Positions 17,225-25,925 of a stretch of DNA of 56,390 nt are shown in pieces. Position 1 is the first letter of the stretch. Each line of letters opens with the position of its first letter. The notes beneath the pieces are model-generated. The model was not told where the DNA came from, did no database searches, and worked only from the letters and a program-made list of their open reading frames with translations. Origin of the DNA: Actinomycetota bacterium (GTDB lineage Bacteria > Actinomycetota > Acidimicrobiia > Acidimicrobiales > SZUA-35); contig JBCCGJ010000002.1 of NCBI GenBank assembly GCA_039029335.1, forward strand, positions 1 through 56,390. Direction: 5' to 3'. Made by a program: the position numbers and the translations under genes.

Positions 17225-18412
17225 ATGACCGAACCGTCACAGGCCGAGCCGAATCCACCGGCGATCGTGGTCATGGCCTACGACCGACCGTCGTCGCTCG
17301 ACCGGCTGCTCCGCTCGCTGGACAGAGCGGAGATCGAGGGAACGGTCGATCTGGTGATCTCCGTCGACGGGGGTGGTGCGAACAATCGGGCGGTGACGGC
17401 ACTGGCCGAGGGGTTCCGTTGGGATCACGGCATCAAGGAGGTCGCCCACCACGACCACCTCGGTCTTGTTGGCCATTTCCACCGCTGCGGGGACCTGTCC
17501 GAACGGTTCGGGTCGGTCGTGCTGCTGGAGGATGACCTGATCGTCGGTCCGACGTTCCACCGCGGGGCGGCCGCCGCGGTGGCCGCCGTGGCGGCGGATG
17601 ACCGGGTGGCGGGGGTGTGCCTGGCGGCTCCCTGGTTCGACGGGTACCGCCACCTGCCGTTCTCCCCGATCCTGGACGGCTCCGCCGGGTGGTACCTGCA
17701 GGTGCCGTGGTTCCACGGGATGGCCTGGACTGCCGACCAGTGGGGTCATTACCGGCGGTGGCTGTCGGCCGAGACTCCGGACCGGCGATCGGCGATCGTC
17801 ATCCACGCCGCCTTCGACCGGCTCGACCAGGACGAGTGGTTCCCGGACGCCGTTCGGTATCTAGTGGCGAACGAACGCTTCTACCTGCTGCCCCGTGAGG
17901 CCAGGGCCACCAACACCGGAGCCGCCGGGCAGCACTTCGATCACGACAGCGACTTCTTCCAGGTGCCGGTGCAGCTGGCCGCGGGCCCGGCCGAACACAT
18001 CGTTCCGCTCGATGATGCGTTGGCCGTCTACGACGATCACCTTGAACCGCTGCCCGACGTGGCGAAACGGCTCTGCCCCGACCTTGCCGATCTGGATCTG
18101 ACCGTCGACCTGCTGGCGGTGCGGGACCCCGCAACGATCACCACCGAGTGGGTGTTGACCACCCGGCCGGTCACCGGCGCGGCGCGGACCTGGGGTCTCC
18201 ACATGCGGCCGCCGATGGCGAACCTGGCGGCCGACACCCCGGGCTCGGGTATCGCCCTGGCGAAACGGGCGGCACTGCGAACCGGCCGCCTGGCCGACGC
18301 GGCCACCGCGGCCAAGCTCGGGGCGTATGCGGCGAACGGGCGGCCACCCGGCATCCGGTCCGCCATTCGTGGCGCCGTTGGGCGTTCGGTCGGAGCGTGG
18401 TTCGATGGCTGA
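17225..18412 (+). CDS. GT-A fold glycosyltransferase, GNT-I (GT13)-like
   Basis: AIVVMAYDRPSSLDRLLRSL ... LVISVDGG ... SVVLLEDDLIVGPTFH follows the GNT-I pattern (acnRP...SqDg...EDDLe.apDF). GGAGG lies 3 nt before ATG 17225. The track ORF start (16691) lies inside the flippase gene. Confidence 0.7.
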   Translation: MTEPSQAEPNPPAIVVMAYDRPSSLDRLLRSLDRAEIEGTVDLVISVDGGGANNRAVTALAEGFRWDHGIKEVAHHDHLGLVGHFHRCGDLSERFGSVVLLEDDLIVGPTFHRGAAAAVAAVAADDRVAGVCLAAPWFDGYRHLPFSPILDGSAGWYLQVPWFHGMAWTADQWGHYRRWLSAETPDRRSAIVIHAAFDRLDQDEWFPDAVRYLVANERFYLLPREARATNTGAAGQHFDHDSDFFQVPVQLAAGPAEHIVPLDDALAVYDDHLEPLPDVAKRLCPDLADLDLTVDLLAVRDPATITTEWVLTTRPVTGAARTWGLHMRPPMANLAADTPGSGIALAKRAALRTGRLADAATAAKLGAYAANGRPPGIRSAIRGAVGRSVGAWFDG

Positions 18413-19154
18413 GCCCGCAGACCGGCCGGTGCTCAGCGCAGCAGCCATGCTGGGCGACCGGGTCCTCCCGCTCCCGGCCCGGGCGGTTGTGGTGTTCGAC
18501 GAGTCCCACGTGCCGAAACGGCGACGGCGCCGGGATCCCGCCCCGTTTCGCCGGATCGCCCTGGCCGGATCGGACGGCGACGTTGCGGTGGTGGCCACGG
18601 TCGGACCCGGCGGACCGACCGCCGCGGTCACCATCGAGTTCCTGGCCCATCTCGGCGTGTCCGTCGTCATTGCGGTCGGCGTCGCCGGTGATCTGCACGG
18701 TGTGGGGAACACCGACCGGCGGGGCGCCGGACCGCTCCCGGTTTCCGCGGCGGTCGCCGAGGACGGGACGTCGGTCCGGTACGGGTCCCACCAGCCGGGA
18801 GCGACCCTGGACGCCGACGCCCGGCTGGTTGCCGCCCTGGTGGAAGCCACCGGCGAGGCGCCGGTGGTCGCCGTCTCCACCGACACCCCGCTGCGTCACG
18901 GCAAGGCCGACATCACTCGCTTCCGACAATCGGCAAGACTGGTGGAGATGGAGACGGCCGCGCTTTTGGCTGCCGGGGATCGCTGCGCCGTCCGAGTCGG
19001 TGCGCTGCTGGTCCCCAGCGACGGCTACCACACCACAGACGACGGCCCCGTCTGGTCCGCCGCCGACCAGAAACTGGTCAAGCCGAGCGTCACGGTGGCG
19101 GTGCACACGGCGATCGCCGTCCTTGCCGCAGAACCACCGGTGGCACCCTCATGA
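18405..19154 (+). CDS. nucleoside phosphorylase / nucleosidase fold protein (PNP_UDP_1-like)
   Basis: VVIAVGVAGDL and LVEMETAALLAAG motifs. ATG 18405 overlaps the upstream stop (ATGGCTGA). Confidence 0.65.
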   Translation: MAEPADRPVLSAAAMLGDRVLPLPARAVVVFDESHVPKRRRRRDPAPFRRIALAGSDGDVAVVATVGPGGPTAAVTIEFLAHLGVSVVIAVGVAGDLHGVGNTDRRGAGPLPVSAAVAEDGTSVRYGSHQPGATLDADARLVAALVEATGEAPVVAVSTDTPLRHGKADITRFRQSARLVEMETAALLAAGDRCAVRVGALLVPSDGYHTTDDGPVWSAADQKLVKPSVTVAVHTAIAVLAAEPPVAPS

Positions 19155-20221
19155 GCGCGCCGTCCGTCGCCATCGTCCACGATTTCCTGACCATCAAGGG
19201 CGGGAGCGAACGGGTGGCGCTTGCCCTGACCAGCGCGTTCCCCGATGCTCCGCTGTACACGTCGCTCTACAAACCGGATGGGACGTTCGCCGAGTTCGCC
19301 GACGTCGACGTCCGCACCGGACCACTGAACCGCGTCCCCCGTTTCCGCAACGATCACCGGCTTGCGCTCCCATTCCTGTCGCCGTCGTTTCGGGCGACCC
19401 GGATCGACGCCGATGTTGTGATCTGCAGCTCCGCCGGGTTCTCCCACCACGTGCGGACCACCGGGGCCAAGGTGGTGTACTGCCACACCCCGGCCCGATG
19501 GTTGTACGACGCCGACCGATACGTCAACGGCTGGAGCGGGCTGGTCGGCGTCGGGGCGGCGGTCATGCGGCCGGCACTCGCCCCGCTCGACCGGGTGGCC
19601 ATGGCCGAGGCGTCTCTGATCATCGCCAACTCCCCGGACATCGCCGCCGAGGTGGAACGGATCTACGACCGGGAACCGATCGTCATCTCGCCGTGCTCGT
19701 CGCTGTCGCTCGACGGGCCGGTCGAACCGATCGCGAACCTCGAACCGGGCTTCATCCTCTGCCCCAGCCGGACGCTCGGGTACAAGCGGCTGGACGTGCT
19801 GGTCGACGCGGCCAGAATGCTGCCGGAGCTGCAGTTCCTCCACATCGGTGACGGCCCGCACCGGTCGTCGCTCGCCGACGCGCCTCGGAACGTCCGCTCC
19901 GTCGGGTCGGTGGACGACGCCCGCCTTCGCTGGGCCTACCGCAACGCCAGGGCGGTCGCCATCACCTGCGCCGAGGACTTTGGCCTTGTGCCGATGGAGG
20001 CTCACGCCCACGGCCTCACCTCGGTTGTCCCCCGGGCCAGGGGCCTGATCGGTCAGCGGGCCCTGGCCGAGAGCGGGATCTTCTACGACTACGGCCGGGC
20101 GGAAGCCCTGGCCAAGGCGCTGGTCGAGACCGAAGCGCCCCGGTCACGGGCCCTGCATCCCGATCGGCTCGGTGTGGACGAATTCATCTCCGCCATTGCG
20201 ACCCATGCGGCGGCACTGTGA
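19151..20221 (+). CDS. glycosyltransferase family 4 (GT-B)
   Basis: N-terminus VAIVHDFLTIKGGSERVALAL and C-terminal EDFGLVPMEAHAHG (E-x7-E-type GT4 motif). ATGA overlap upstream. Confidence 0.85.
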   Translation: MSAPSVAIVHDFLTIKGGSERVALALTSAFPDAPLYTSLYKPDGTFAEFADVDVRTGPLNRVPRFRNDHRLALPFLSPSFRATRIDADVVICSSAGFSHHVRTTGAKVVYCHTPARWLYDADRYVNGWSGLVGVGAAVMRPALAPLDRVAMAEASLIIANSPDIAAEVERIYDREPIVISPCSSLSLDGPVEPIANLEPGFILCPSRTLGYKRLDVLVDAARMLPELQFLHIGDGPHRSSLADAPRNVRSVGSVDDARLRWAYRNARAVAITCAEDFGLVPMEAHAHGLTSVVPRARGLIGQRALAESGIFYDYGRAEALAKALVETEAPRSRALHPDRLGVDEFISAIATHAAAL

Positions 20222-21411
20222 CGGTCCGCTACCTCAACGGCCGAGCCGCGGTGAACGGGCCTGGCGGGTTCGCCCGCTTCCACGACGAGGTCACCGCCCA
20301 CCTCCGGTCCAATGGACCGATCACCGTTCTGGCGCCCCCACGATCCGACCCGTTGTCGTCCCGATGGTGGGAACAGCGGACGCTGGTGGGCCGTAGCGGT
20401 GACGGGGTGTTGCTCAGTACGGCAAACAACGGCCCGGTCGGCCACCCGAACCATGCGGTGGTCATCCATGACATCCTCCCGCTGACCCACCCGGAGACCG
20501 TGTCCCCGGTGTTCGCCGCCCTGCAGCGGGTCCTGCTGCCCCGCCTGTGCCGGAACGCCGCTGCGGTGCTGACCGTCTCCAACCATGTTGCCGGGCAACT
20601 GGAGACCGTGCTGGGGGTCGACCCGGAAAGGATCACCGTTGTCCCGCCCGGTGTCAGCGACGTCTTCCGGCCGGCCGCCGACGGCGGTGCCCGAAACGGC
20701 GATGCCCGAAGCAGCGATGCCCGAAGCAGCGATGCCCGAAACGGCTATGACGGCGATGACCGGGACGGTGGGAACACCGCCGCGTCCTTCGGGCTCGATC
20801 CTGACCGACCCGTCGTGACCGCTCTTGTCAGTTCGATCCCCCGCAAGAATTCCACCGAGGTCCTGGGAACCCTGGCTGCGGTGGCGGCGACCCGGCCGGA
20901 CGTGCAGGTGGTGGTTGCGGGCCACGACGGCCCGGCCCGGGTGTTCGGCCGTCGAGCGGTCAGACCGACCCATCCGGCCGTGCGGGACCTTGGACCGCTG
21001 CCGGACGAGCGGTTGGCCGACCTGTTCCGGCGGGCCGACGTCTTTGTGTCTCTCACGGAAGCCGAGGGGTTCGGTCTTCCACCCTTGGAGGCGCTGGCCG
21101 CCGGCGCGGCGGTGGTCACCACCCCGATGCCGTCGCTGGCGGAGCACCTCCCGGGGCTGACGGCGACGGTCACCGACCGGCGGGCGGCGGCGACCGCGGT
21201 GATCGATCTTCTGGGTGACTCGGCGGCCCGGGCTGCCCAGGTGATGGCGGCGGCCGACGTTGTGGAGGACCTTACGTGGGCCGGGACGGCGGCGGCGGTT
21301 GGACAGGTACTTCGGCGGTTGGAATCCCGGGGTCGATTGGAACCACCGGGTGGACTGGAACCACTGGGTGGACTGGAACCACCGGGTCGATTGGAACGAT
21401 ATGGAAACTGA
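20218..21411 (+). CDS. glycosyltransferase family 4 (GT-B) with internal and C-terminal short tandem repeats
   Basis: EAEGFGLPPLEALAAGAAVV motif. GTGA overlap upstream. Repeats encode GARNG-DARSS-DARSS-DARNG and GRLEPPGGLEPLGGLEPPGRLE. Confidence 0.8.
   Translation: MTVRYLNGRAAVNGPGGFARFHDEVTAHLRSNGPITVLAPPRSDPLSSRWWEQRTLVGRSGDGVLLSTANNGPVGHPNHAVVIHDILPLTHPETVSPVFAALQRVLLPRLCRNAAAVLTVSNHVAGQLETVLGVDPERITVVPPGVSDVFRPAADGGARNGDARSSDARSSDARNGYDGDDRDGGNTAASFGLDPDRPVVTALVSSIPRKNSTEVLGTLAAVAATRPDVQVVVAGHDGPARVFGRRAVRPTHPAVRDLGPLPDERLADLFRRADVFVSLTEAEGFGLPPLEALAAGAAVVTTPMPSLAEHLPGLTATVTDRRAAATAVIDLLGDSAARAAQVMAAADVVEDLTWAGTAAAVGQVLRRLESRGRLEPPGGLEPLGGLEPPGRLERYGN
20686..20745 (+). repeat. 4 x 15-nt in-frame tandem repeat (gatgcccgaagcagc type)
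   Basis: Units at 20686, 20701, 20716 and 20731; the two central units are identical. Confidence 0.85.
21331..21402 (+). repeat. about 4 x 18-nt tandem repeat spanning the GT4 3' end up to the next start codon
   Basis: Units ggtcgattggaaccaccg / ggtggactggaaccactg / ggtggactggaaccaccg / ggtcgattggaac.., in an A-B-B-A order. Confidence 0.85.
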
Positions 21412-22327
21412 GTCCGTGCCGGTTGACGGCACAACGGAGAAGCCGACCCTGGAGGACGCGGTGGTGGCCACCGTGGCCTACTCCGACGTCTTCGACATGC
21501 CGATCGGTATGGGTGATCTGCACCGGTTCCTCATCGGTCGCGCCGCCACACCGGAGGAGCTGACTGCCGCAGCGGATGCGCTGGTGGCCGCCGGACGGCT
21601 GGGCCGGGACGACGGACTGCTGTTCCTACCCGGTCGGGACGAGGTGCTGGCGGTCCACGCCGACCGGGTGGCGCGGGCGGCGACGATGTGGCCGAAGGCC
21701 GTGCGCTGGGGGGTACGGATCGGTCGTCTTCCGAACGTCGTCGCCGTTGCGGTGACCGGAGGGCTTGCGGTGGACTCGGTCGCCCCCCATGACGACGCCG
21801 ACTACTTCATCATCACGAGGCCCGGTCGGCTGTGGCTGACCCGGCTGCTTGTGCTGGTGCTGGTGCGACTGGCCGAGCGGGACGACATAGAACTCTGCCC
21901 CAACTACATCGTCAGCGAGTCGGCGCTGGTCATGGACGAGCGGACCATCTACGTCGCACGAGAGTTGGCCCAGATGGTTCCGGTGACCGGCGTCGACCGT
22001 TGCCGGGAGGTGCGGACCCGCAACCGGTGGATGTTCGATCAGCTCCCGAACGCCACCGTCGACGGGGATCTGAGCCGGGTGGTCGACATCGGCCGATCGG
22101 GGTTCGTCAAGCGGGCGGCCGAAGCCGTCCTGGCGTTGCCGATGTTCGGTCCGCTGGAGCGGTGGGAGATGACCCGCAAGACAAAAAAGCTGGCCACCGT
22201 CCGGTCCCGGCGCCCGGAGGTCGGCGCACCGGATGAGTCGTCGTTCTCGCCGGACGTGTGCAAGGGCCACATGGTCGGCAACGCCGGCGGCATCGAGGTC
22301 GCATGGCGGGAACGGATCGACCGGTGA
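21401..22327 (+). CDS. hypothetical protein with Pol-beta-type nucleotidyltransferase-like motif
   Basis: From ATG 21401 (METESVP...). VAVAVTGGLAVDSVAPHDDADYFII fits hG[GS]-x(9-13)-D-x-D of minimal NTases. 11-nt overlap with the upstream stop. Confidence 0.5.
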   Translation: METESVPVDGTTEKPTLEDAVVATVAYSDVFDMPIGMGDLHRFLIGRAATPEELTAAADALVAAGRLGRDDGLLFLPGRDEVLAVHADRVARAATMWPKAVRWGVRIGRLPNVVAVAVTGGLAVDSVAPHDDADYFIITRPGRLWLTRLLVLVLVRLAERDDIELCPNYIVSESALVMDERTIYVARELAQMVPVTGVDRCREVRTRNRWMFDQLPNATVDGDLSRVVDIGRSGFVKRAAEAVLALPMFGPLERWEMTRKTKKLATVRSRRPEVGAPDESSFSPDVCKGHMVGNAGGIEVAWRERIDR

Positions 22328-23253
22328 CCTCGCCCTTCCGGCCCGGCGTGTTCGACCCGCTGGCGGCGGGTTACGACGACGTGGCCCAGTCGACCCTCGG
22401 GGTCCACTACCGGAACCGGGTGGCGGCGGTCATCGACCGGCACGTGGGGCCCGGGGCCCGTGTCCTGGACATCGGCTGCGGAACCGGCATCGACGCCGCT
22501 CGGCTGAGCGCGGCCGGTCACCGGGTGGTTGCCATCGACGCCTCCGGGGAGATGGTGGTCAGGACCAGGTCCCGAGGTGTGGCCGACGTGTACCAGCGTG
22601 ACCTCGACACGCTGCCCGCAGCGGACCCTCGCCCGCACGGTTCGGAGGGTCCGGAGGGTTTGGACGGTGCGGGAGAGGGGACCGATGCGGTTGTCGACCA
22701 GGTCGGGGATGCGGCGCTGGCCGGTCCGTTCGATCTGGTGCTCGCCAACTTCGGGGTGGTGAACTGCAGCCGGGACCTGCCCCGATTCGGTCGGTGGCTT
22801 GTGGCCAACCTGGACCCGGACGGGGTAGCGGTCCTGGTCACGATGGCACCGGTCTGTCCGCCGGAACTGCTCCAGGGCGTGGTGACCGGCAACGGTGCGC
22901 TGCTCCGTCGACGCCGCCGGTCCCGGCAGGCGGCTGACGGGACGGCGACGGCATTCGGTGATCCGTACGCCGGGATGCCGGTTCGGTACCACTCCGCAGG
23001 CCGGCTGGTCGCCGCCCTCGGTGGCGGGCTCGAGCTGGTCGATGCCAGAGCCATCGGGGTTGCGCTGCCGACGTTCGAGCAGCGCCGCGTTGTCCAGAAT
23101 CGACCTCGCCTGCTCCGAGCGCTTGGGTTGGTCGACCGGCTGCTGGGCAGCCCGGCGGTCGGACTGGCGATGGGAGACCACCACATCGCCGTCGTCGGCA
23201 GAAGGCGGGTTGTTCCGACGGCTGCCACCGCCGGTGACGGGAGCGGCTCATGA
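22303..23253 (+). CDS. class I SAM-dependent methyltransferase
   Basis: Motif [16 protein letters not shown]. The start is ATG 22303, or GTG 22324 (GTGA overlap with the upstream stop). Confidence 0.8.
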   Translation: MAGTDRPVTSPFRPGVFDPLAAGYDDVAQSTLGVHYRNRVAAVIDRHVGPGARVLDIGCGTGIDAARLSAAGHRVVAIDASGEMVVRTRSRGVADVYQRDLDTLPAADPRPHGSEGPEGLDGAGEGTDAVVDQVGDAALAGPFDLVLANFGVVNCSRDLPRFGRWLVANLDPDGVAVLVTMAPVCPPELLQGVVTGNGALLRRRRRSRQAADGTATAFGDPYAGMPVRYHSAGRLVAALGGGLELVDARAIGVALPTFEQRRVVQNRPRLLRALGLVDRLLGSPAVGLAMGDHHIAVVGRRRVVPTAATAGDGSGS

Positions 23254-24233
23254 CCGCCGACCGGGCGGCCCCCACCTCGGCCGCCGTCGCCACCGGCGCC
23301 GGGTTCCGGGTCACCGCTCCCGGTACCGACCGCCCGTTGCAGCTGCGGGACGGGGCGTTCCATGACACCGGCGCCCACCACCCCTGTGTGGACGGGGTCT
23401 GGGACTTGGTCGACGCCACCCGGCGGGAGGCGGTCGACACGTTCGCCCGGGACTACGCCGCGGTCAGAGCCGCCGAGGCCAGAACGCCGCCGTCGCCGGA
23501 AGCCGTTCGGGCGCTGCCGTACGCCGACCTGACCGGCGAGCTCGAGGGGATGTGGGCCGAGCGGGCCGCATCGTTCGACCGGTTCCTGGCCGCGCTGGAC
23601 CCGACCGACGGCACGGTCGTCGACCTCGGCGCCGGTTGCGGATGGTTGGCGGCCCGGCTGGCCGGGGCCGGCTGGACCGCAGCCGCGGTGGACGTCACCG
23701 TCGACGGGGGCGACGGTCTCGGCACCGCCCGTTGGCACGACCGGGACCTGTTCCTGGTCCGGGCGGAGATGGACCGACTACCCCTGGCCACCGGTTCGGT
23801 CGATCTTGCGGTGTTCAACGCCTCGCTCCACTACGCGCCGGATGTGTCGTCGGCCCTGGACGAGGCACAGCGGGTGGTCCGGCCCGGAGGGCTGATCGCC
23901 GTCCTCGATTCGCCGGTGTTCACCGACCCGGCCGCCGGTGCGGCGATGGTGGCGGAGTTCGCCGCGGCGACCGTGGCCGCTCACGGGGTGGCTCCAGCAG
24001 CCCATTTCGGCCCCGGCTACGTCGCCGAGGCCGACCTGCAACGGTTCGTCCGGACCCACCGACCGGCCGCGGTCACCCGGGTCGACGATCGGCGGGGCCC
24101 CGTCGGCGCCCTCCGATCGCTGGTCGGTGCTCGACGGGCCGGGCGGGAGATCGCCAAGCGGCCGCTGCTACTGTTTGAGACCCGGGCGAACCACCGACAC
24201 GGGAAGGACCACCAGTGGGAGGACGGCCGATGA
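23250..24233 (+). CDS. class I SAM-dependent methyltransferase (second)
   Basis: Motif I VVDLGAGCGWLAARL and post-I/II VDLAVFNASLHY...RVVRPGGLIAV. ATGA overlap upstream. Confidence 0.75.
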   Translation: MTADRAAPTSAAVATGAGFRVTAPGTDRPLQLRDGAFHDTGAHHPCVDGVWDLVDATRREAVDTFARDYAAVRAAEARTPPSPEAVRALPYADLTGELEGMWAERAASFDRFLAALDPTDGTVVDLGAGCGWLAARLAGAGWTAAAVDVTVDGGDGLGTARWHDRDLFLVRAEMDRLPLATGSVDLAVFNASLHYAPDVSSALDEAQRVVRPGGLIAVLDSPVFTDPAAGAAMVAEFAAATVAAHGVAPAAHFGPGYVAEADLQRFVRTHRPAAVTRVDDRRGPVGALRSLVGARRAGREIAKRPLLLFETRANHRHGKDHQWEDGR

Positions 24234-25792
24234 AGGTGCTGCTCGGTCACTCCTACTTCCAGCACTTCGATCCGAAGCTGGACGAGGCGAACCGACCGTA
24301 TCCGCCCCTCGGTACCTTGGTGGCAGCCGCGCTCCTGCAGGAGCACGGTCACGAGGTTGTGGTCTTCGACGCCATGCTGGCCCGCTCGACGGACGGCTGG
24401 CGAGAGCTGCTGGAGCGCGAGACTCCCGACGCCGCCGTCCTGTTCGAGGACAACTTCAACTACCTGTCGAAGATGTGCCTGTCCCGGATGCGGGAGGCGG
24501 CCCTGGAGATGCTCGGTGATGCGGCGGCCCGGTCGGTGTTCGCCGTTGCCGCCGGGTCAGACGCGTCCGACAACGCGGCGATCTACCTGGAGGCCGGGGC
24601 CGCGGCGGTCATCGCCGGCGAGGGGGACGAGGCGCTGGTCGACCTGCTGGCCGCCCGGGCCGACGGAACGGACCCGGCTGGTCTTGCCGGGGTGTCGGTC
24701 CCCGGTCCGAACGGTGCGGTGGTCGCCGGACCGGACCGGCCCAACCTGAAGCAGCTGGACGAGATCCCGTTCGCCGCCCGTGACCTTGTCGACGTGGACG
24801 CCTACCGGTCGATCTGGCTGGACCACCACGGTCGGTTCTCACTGAACGCGGTGACCACCCGTGGCTGCCCGTACCACTGCAACTGGTGTTCAAAACCGAT
24901 CTGGGGTCAGCGTTACAACGCCCGCTCGGCGGACAACGTGGTGGCCGAACTGGTCCACCTCAGGGACACGTTCGGCCCGGACCACGTCTGGTTCGCCGAC
25001 GACATCTTCGGGTTGAAGCCGGGATGGATCCAGCGCTTCGCCGAGCTGGTGGATGCCGAGGATGTCCGGCTCCCGTTCAAGTGTCTCAGCAGACCGGATC
25101 TGCTCGTCCGTCGAGATACCGCGGAGGCCTTGGGTGCCGCCGGATGTGAAGAGGTCTGGATCGGCGCGGAGTCCGGCAGCCAAAAGATTCTGGACGCCAT
25201 GGAGAAGGGCACAACGGTCGAGCAGATCGTCGAAGCCGCGGACCGGGTGCACGCCTCGGGGTACCGGATCGCCTTTTTCATCCAGTTCGGGTATCCGGGC
25301 GAAACGGAGTCCGACATCGACAAGACGCTGGAGCTGATCCGGCGGGCAAAACCGGACGACATCGGCATTTCGGTGGCCTACCCACTCCCCGGCACCACGT
25401 TCTACGACCGGGTCGAGGCGGAGCTCGGCCAGGTCCGGCACTGGGTCGACTCGAGCGATCTGGCGATGCTGTTCGACGGTCCGTTCCCCACCGAGTTCTA
25501 CCGGGCCCTCCACGAGCGGGTCCATGTGGAGTATCGGCTGCACAAGGCCCGGTGGGCCGCAGCCGACGGACGGTATCCGGGACCGGGCCAGGTGCTCCGT
25601 CTTGTTCGGGACGCGGTCACGCTCCCGATGCACAAACGGCGGGTGGCCAAACTGGCAACCCCGAGCGACCGGGCGCTACCGGAACTGTCGGTGGCGCTCG
25701 ATCGAGCCGCCGCCGCGTCCCCGACCGAGCAGCCGGTGACGATCGGCAAGGCACCGGCCCGGGCCGCAGAGCGCGGCAGCGACGCCGGCTGA
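24230..25792 (+). CDS. cobalamin-binding-domain radical SAM enzyme (class B type)
   Basis: N-terminus MKVLLGHSYF...PPLGTLVAAALLQEHGHEVVVFDA (B12-binding-domain-like). TTRGCPYHCNWCSKP is the CxxxCxxC cluster motif. ATGA overlap upstream. Confidence 0.9.
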   Translation: MKVLLGHSYFQHFDPKLDEANRPYPPLGTLVAAALLQEHGHEVVVFDAMLARSTDGWRELLERETPDAAVLFEDNFNYLSKMCLSRMREAALEMLGDAAARSVFAVAAGSDASDNAAIYLEAGAAAVIAGEGDEALVDLLAARADGTDPAGLAGVSVPGPNGAVVAGPDRPNLKQLDEIPFAARDLVDVDAYRSIWLDHHGRFSLNAVTTRGCPYHCNWCSKPIWGQRYNARSADNVVAELVHLRDTFGPDHVWFADDIFGLKPGWIQRFAELVDAEDVRLPFKCLSRPDLLVRRDTAEALGAAGCEEVWIGAESGSQKILDAMEKGTTVEQIVEAADRVHASGYRIAFFIQFGYPGETESDIDKTLELIRRAKPDDIGISVAYPLPGTTFYDRVEAELGQVRHWVDSSDLAMLFDGPFPTEFYRALHERVHVEYRLHKARWAAADGRYPGPGQVLRLVRDAVTLPMHKRRVAKLATPSDRALPELSVALDRAAAASPTEQPVTIGKAPARAAERGSDAG

Positions 25793-25847
25793 CCCGGCGT
25801 GAACCCGACGGGCTGCCTGTACGTCTGCGCCTCCGCCGGGCCGCGAG

Positions 25848-25899
25848 TTTCCCGGGGCCGGTTGGCAGGTTCAGCGTCGTGCGGGTGCGCCCCGGGAAA
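25848..25899. terminator. 10-bp inverted repeat (tttcccgggg ... ccccgggaaa) between convergent genes
   Basis: Arms at 25848-25857 and 25890-25899. The loop is long (32 nt), so this is weak as an intrinsic terminator. Confidence 0.3.
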
Positions 25900-25925
25900 T
25901 GTGTCGCAGCCCGAAGGGTTGCCGC

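Noticed and set aside
20686-21402. Short tandem repeats considered as a CRISPR-like array
   Set aside because: The units are 15-18 nt, directly adjacent without spacers, in frame and inside coding sequence. No cas genes are present.
17225-25792. Interpreting the PNP-like plus radical SAM plus GT genes as a hopanoid side-chain (HpnG/H/I/J) or futalosine (Mqn) cluster
   Set aside because: The window contains no squalene-hopene cyclase, HpnH-type or MqnA/C/D/E-type genes. The surrounding genes are Wzx/Wzy/GT4-type glycan genes. I kept these pathways only as mechanistic precedents.
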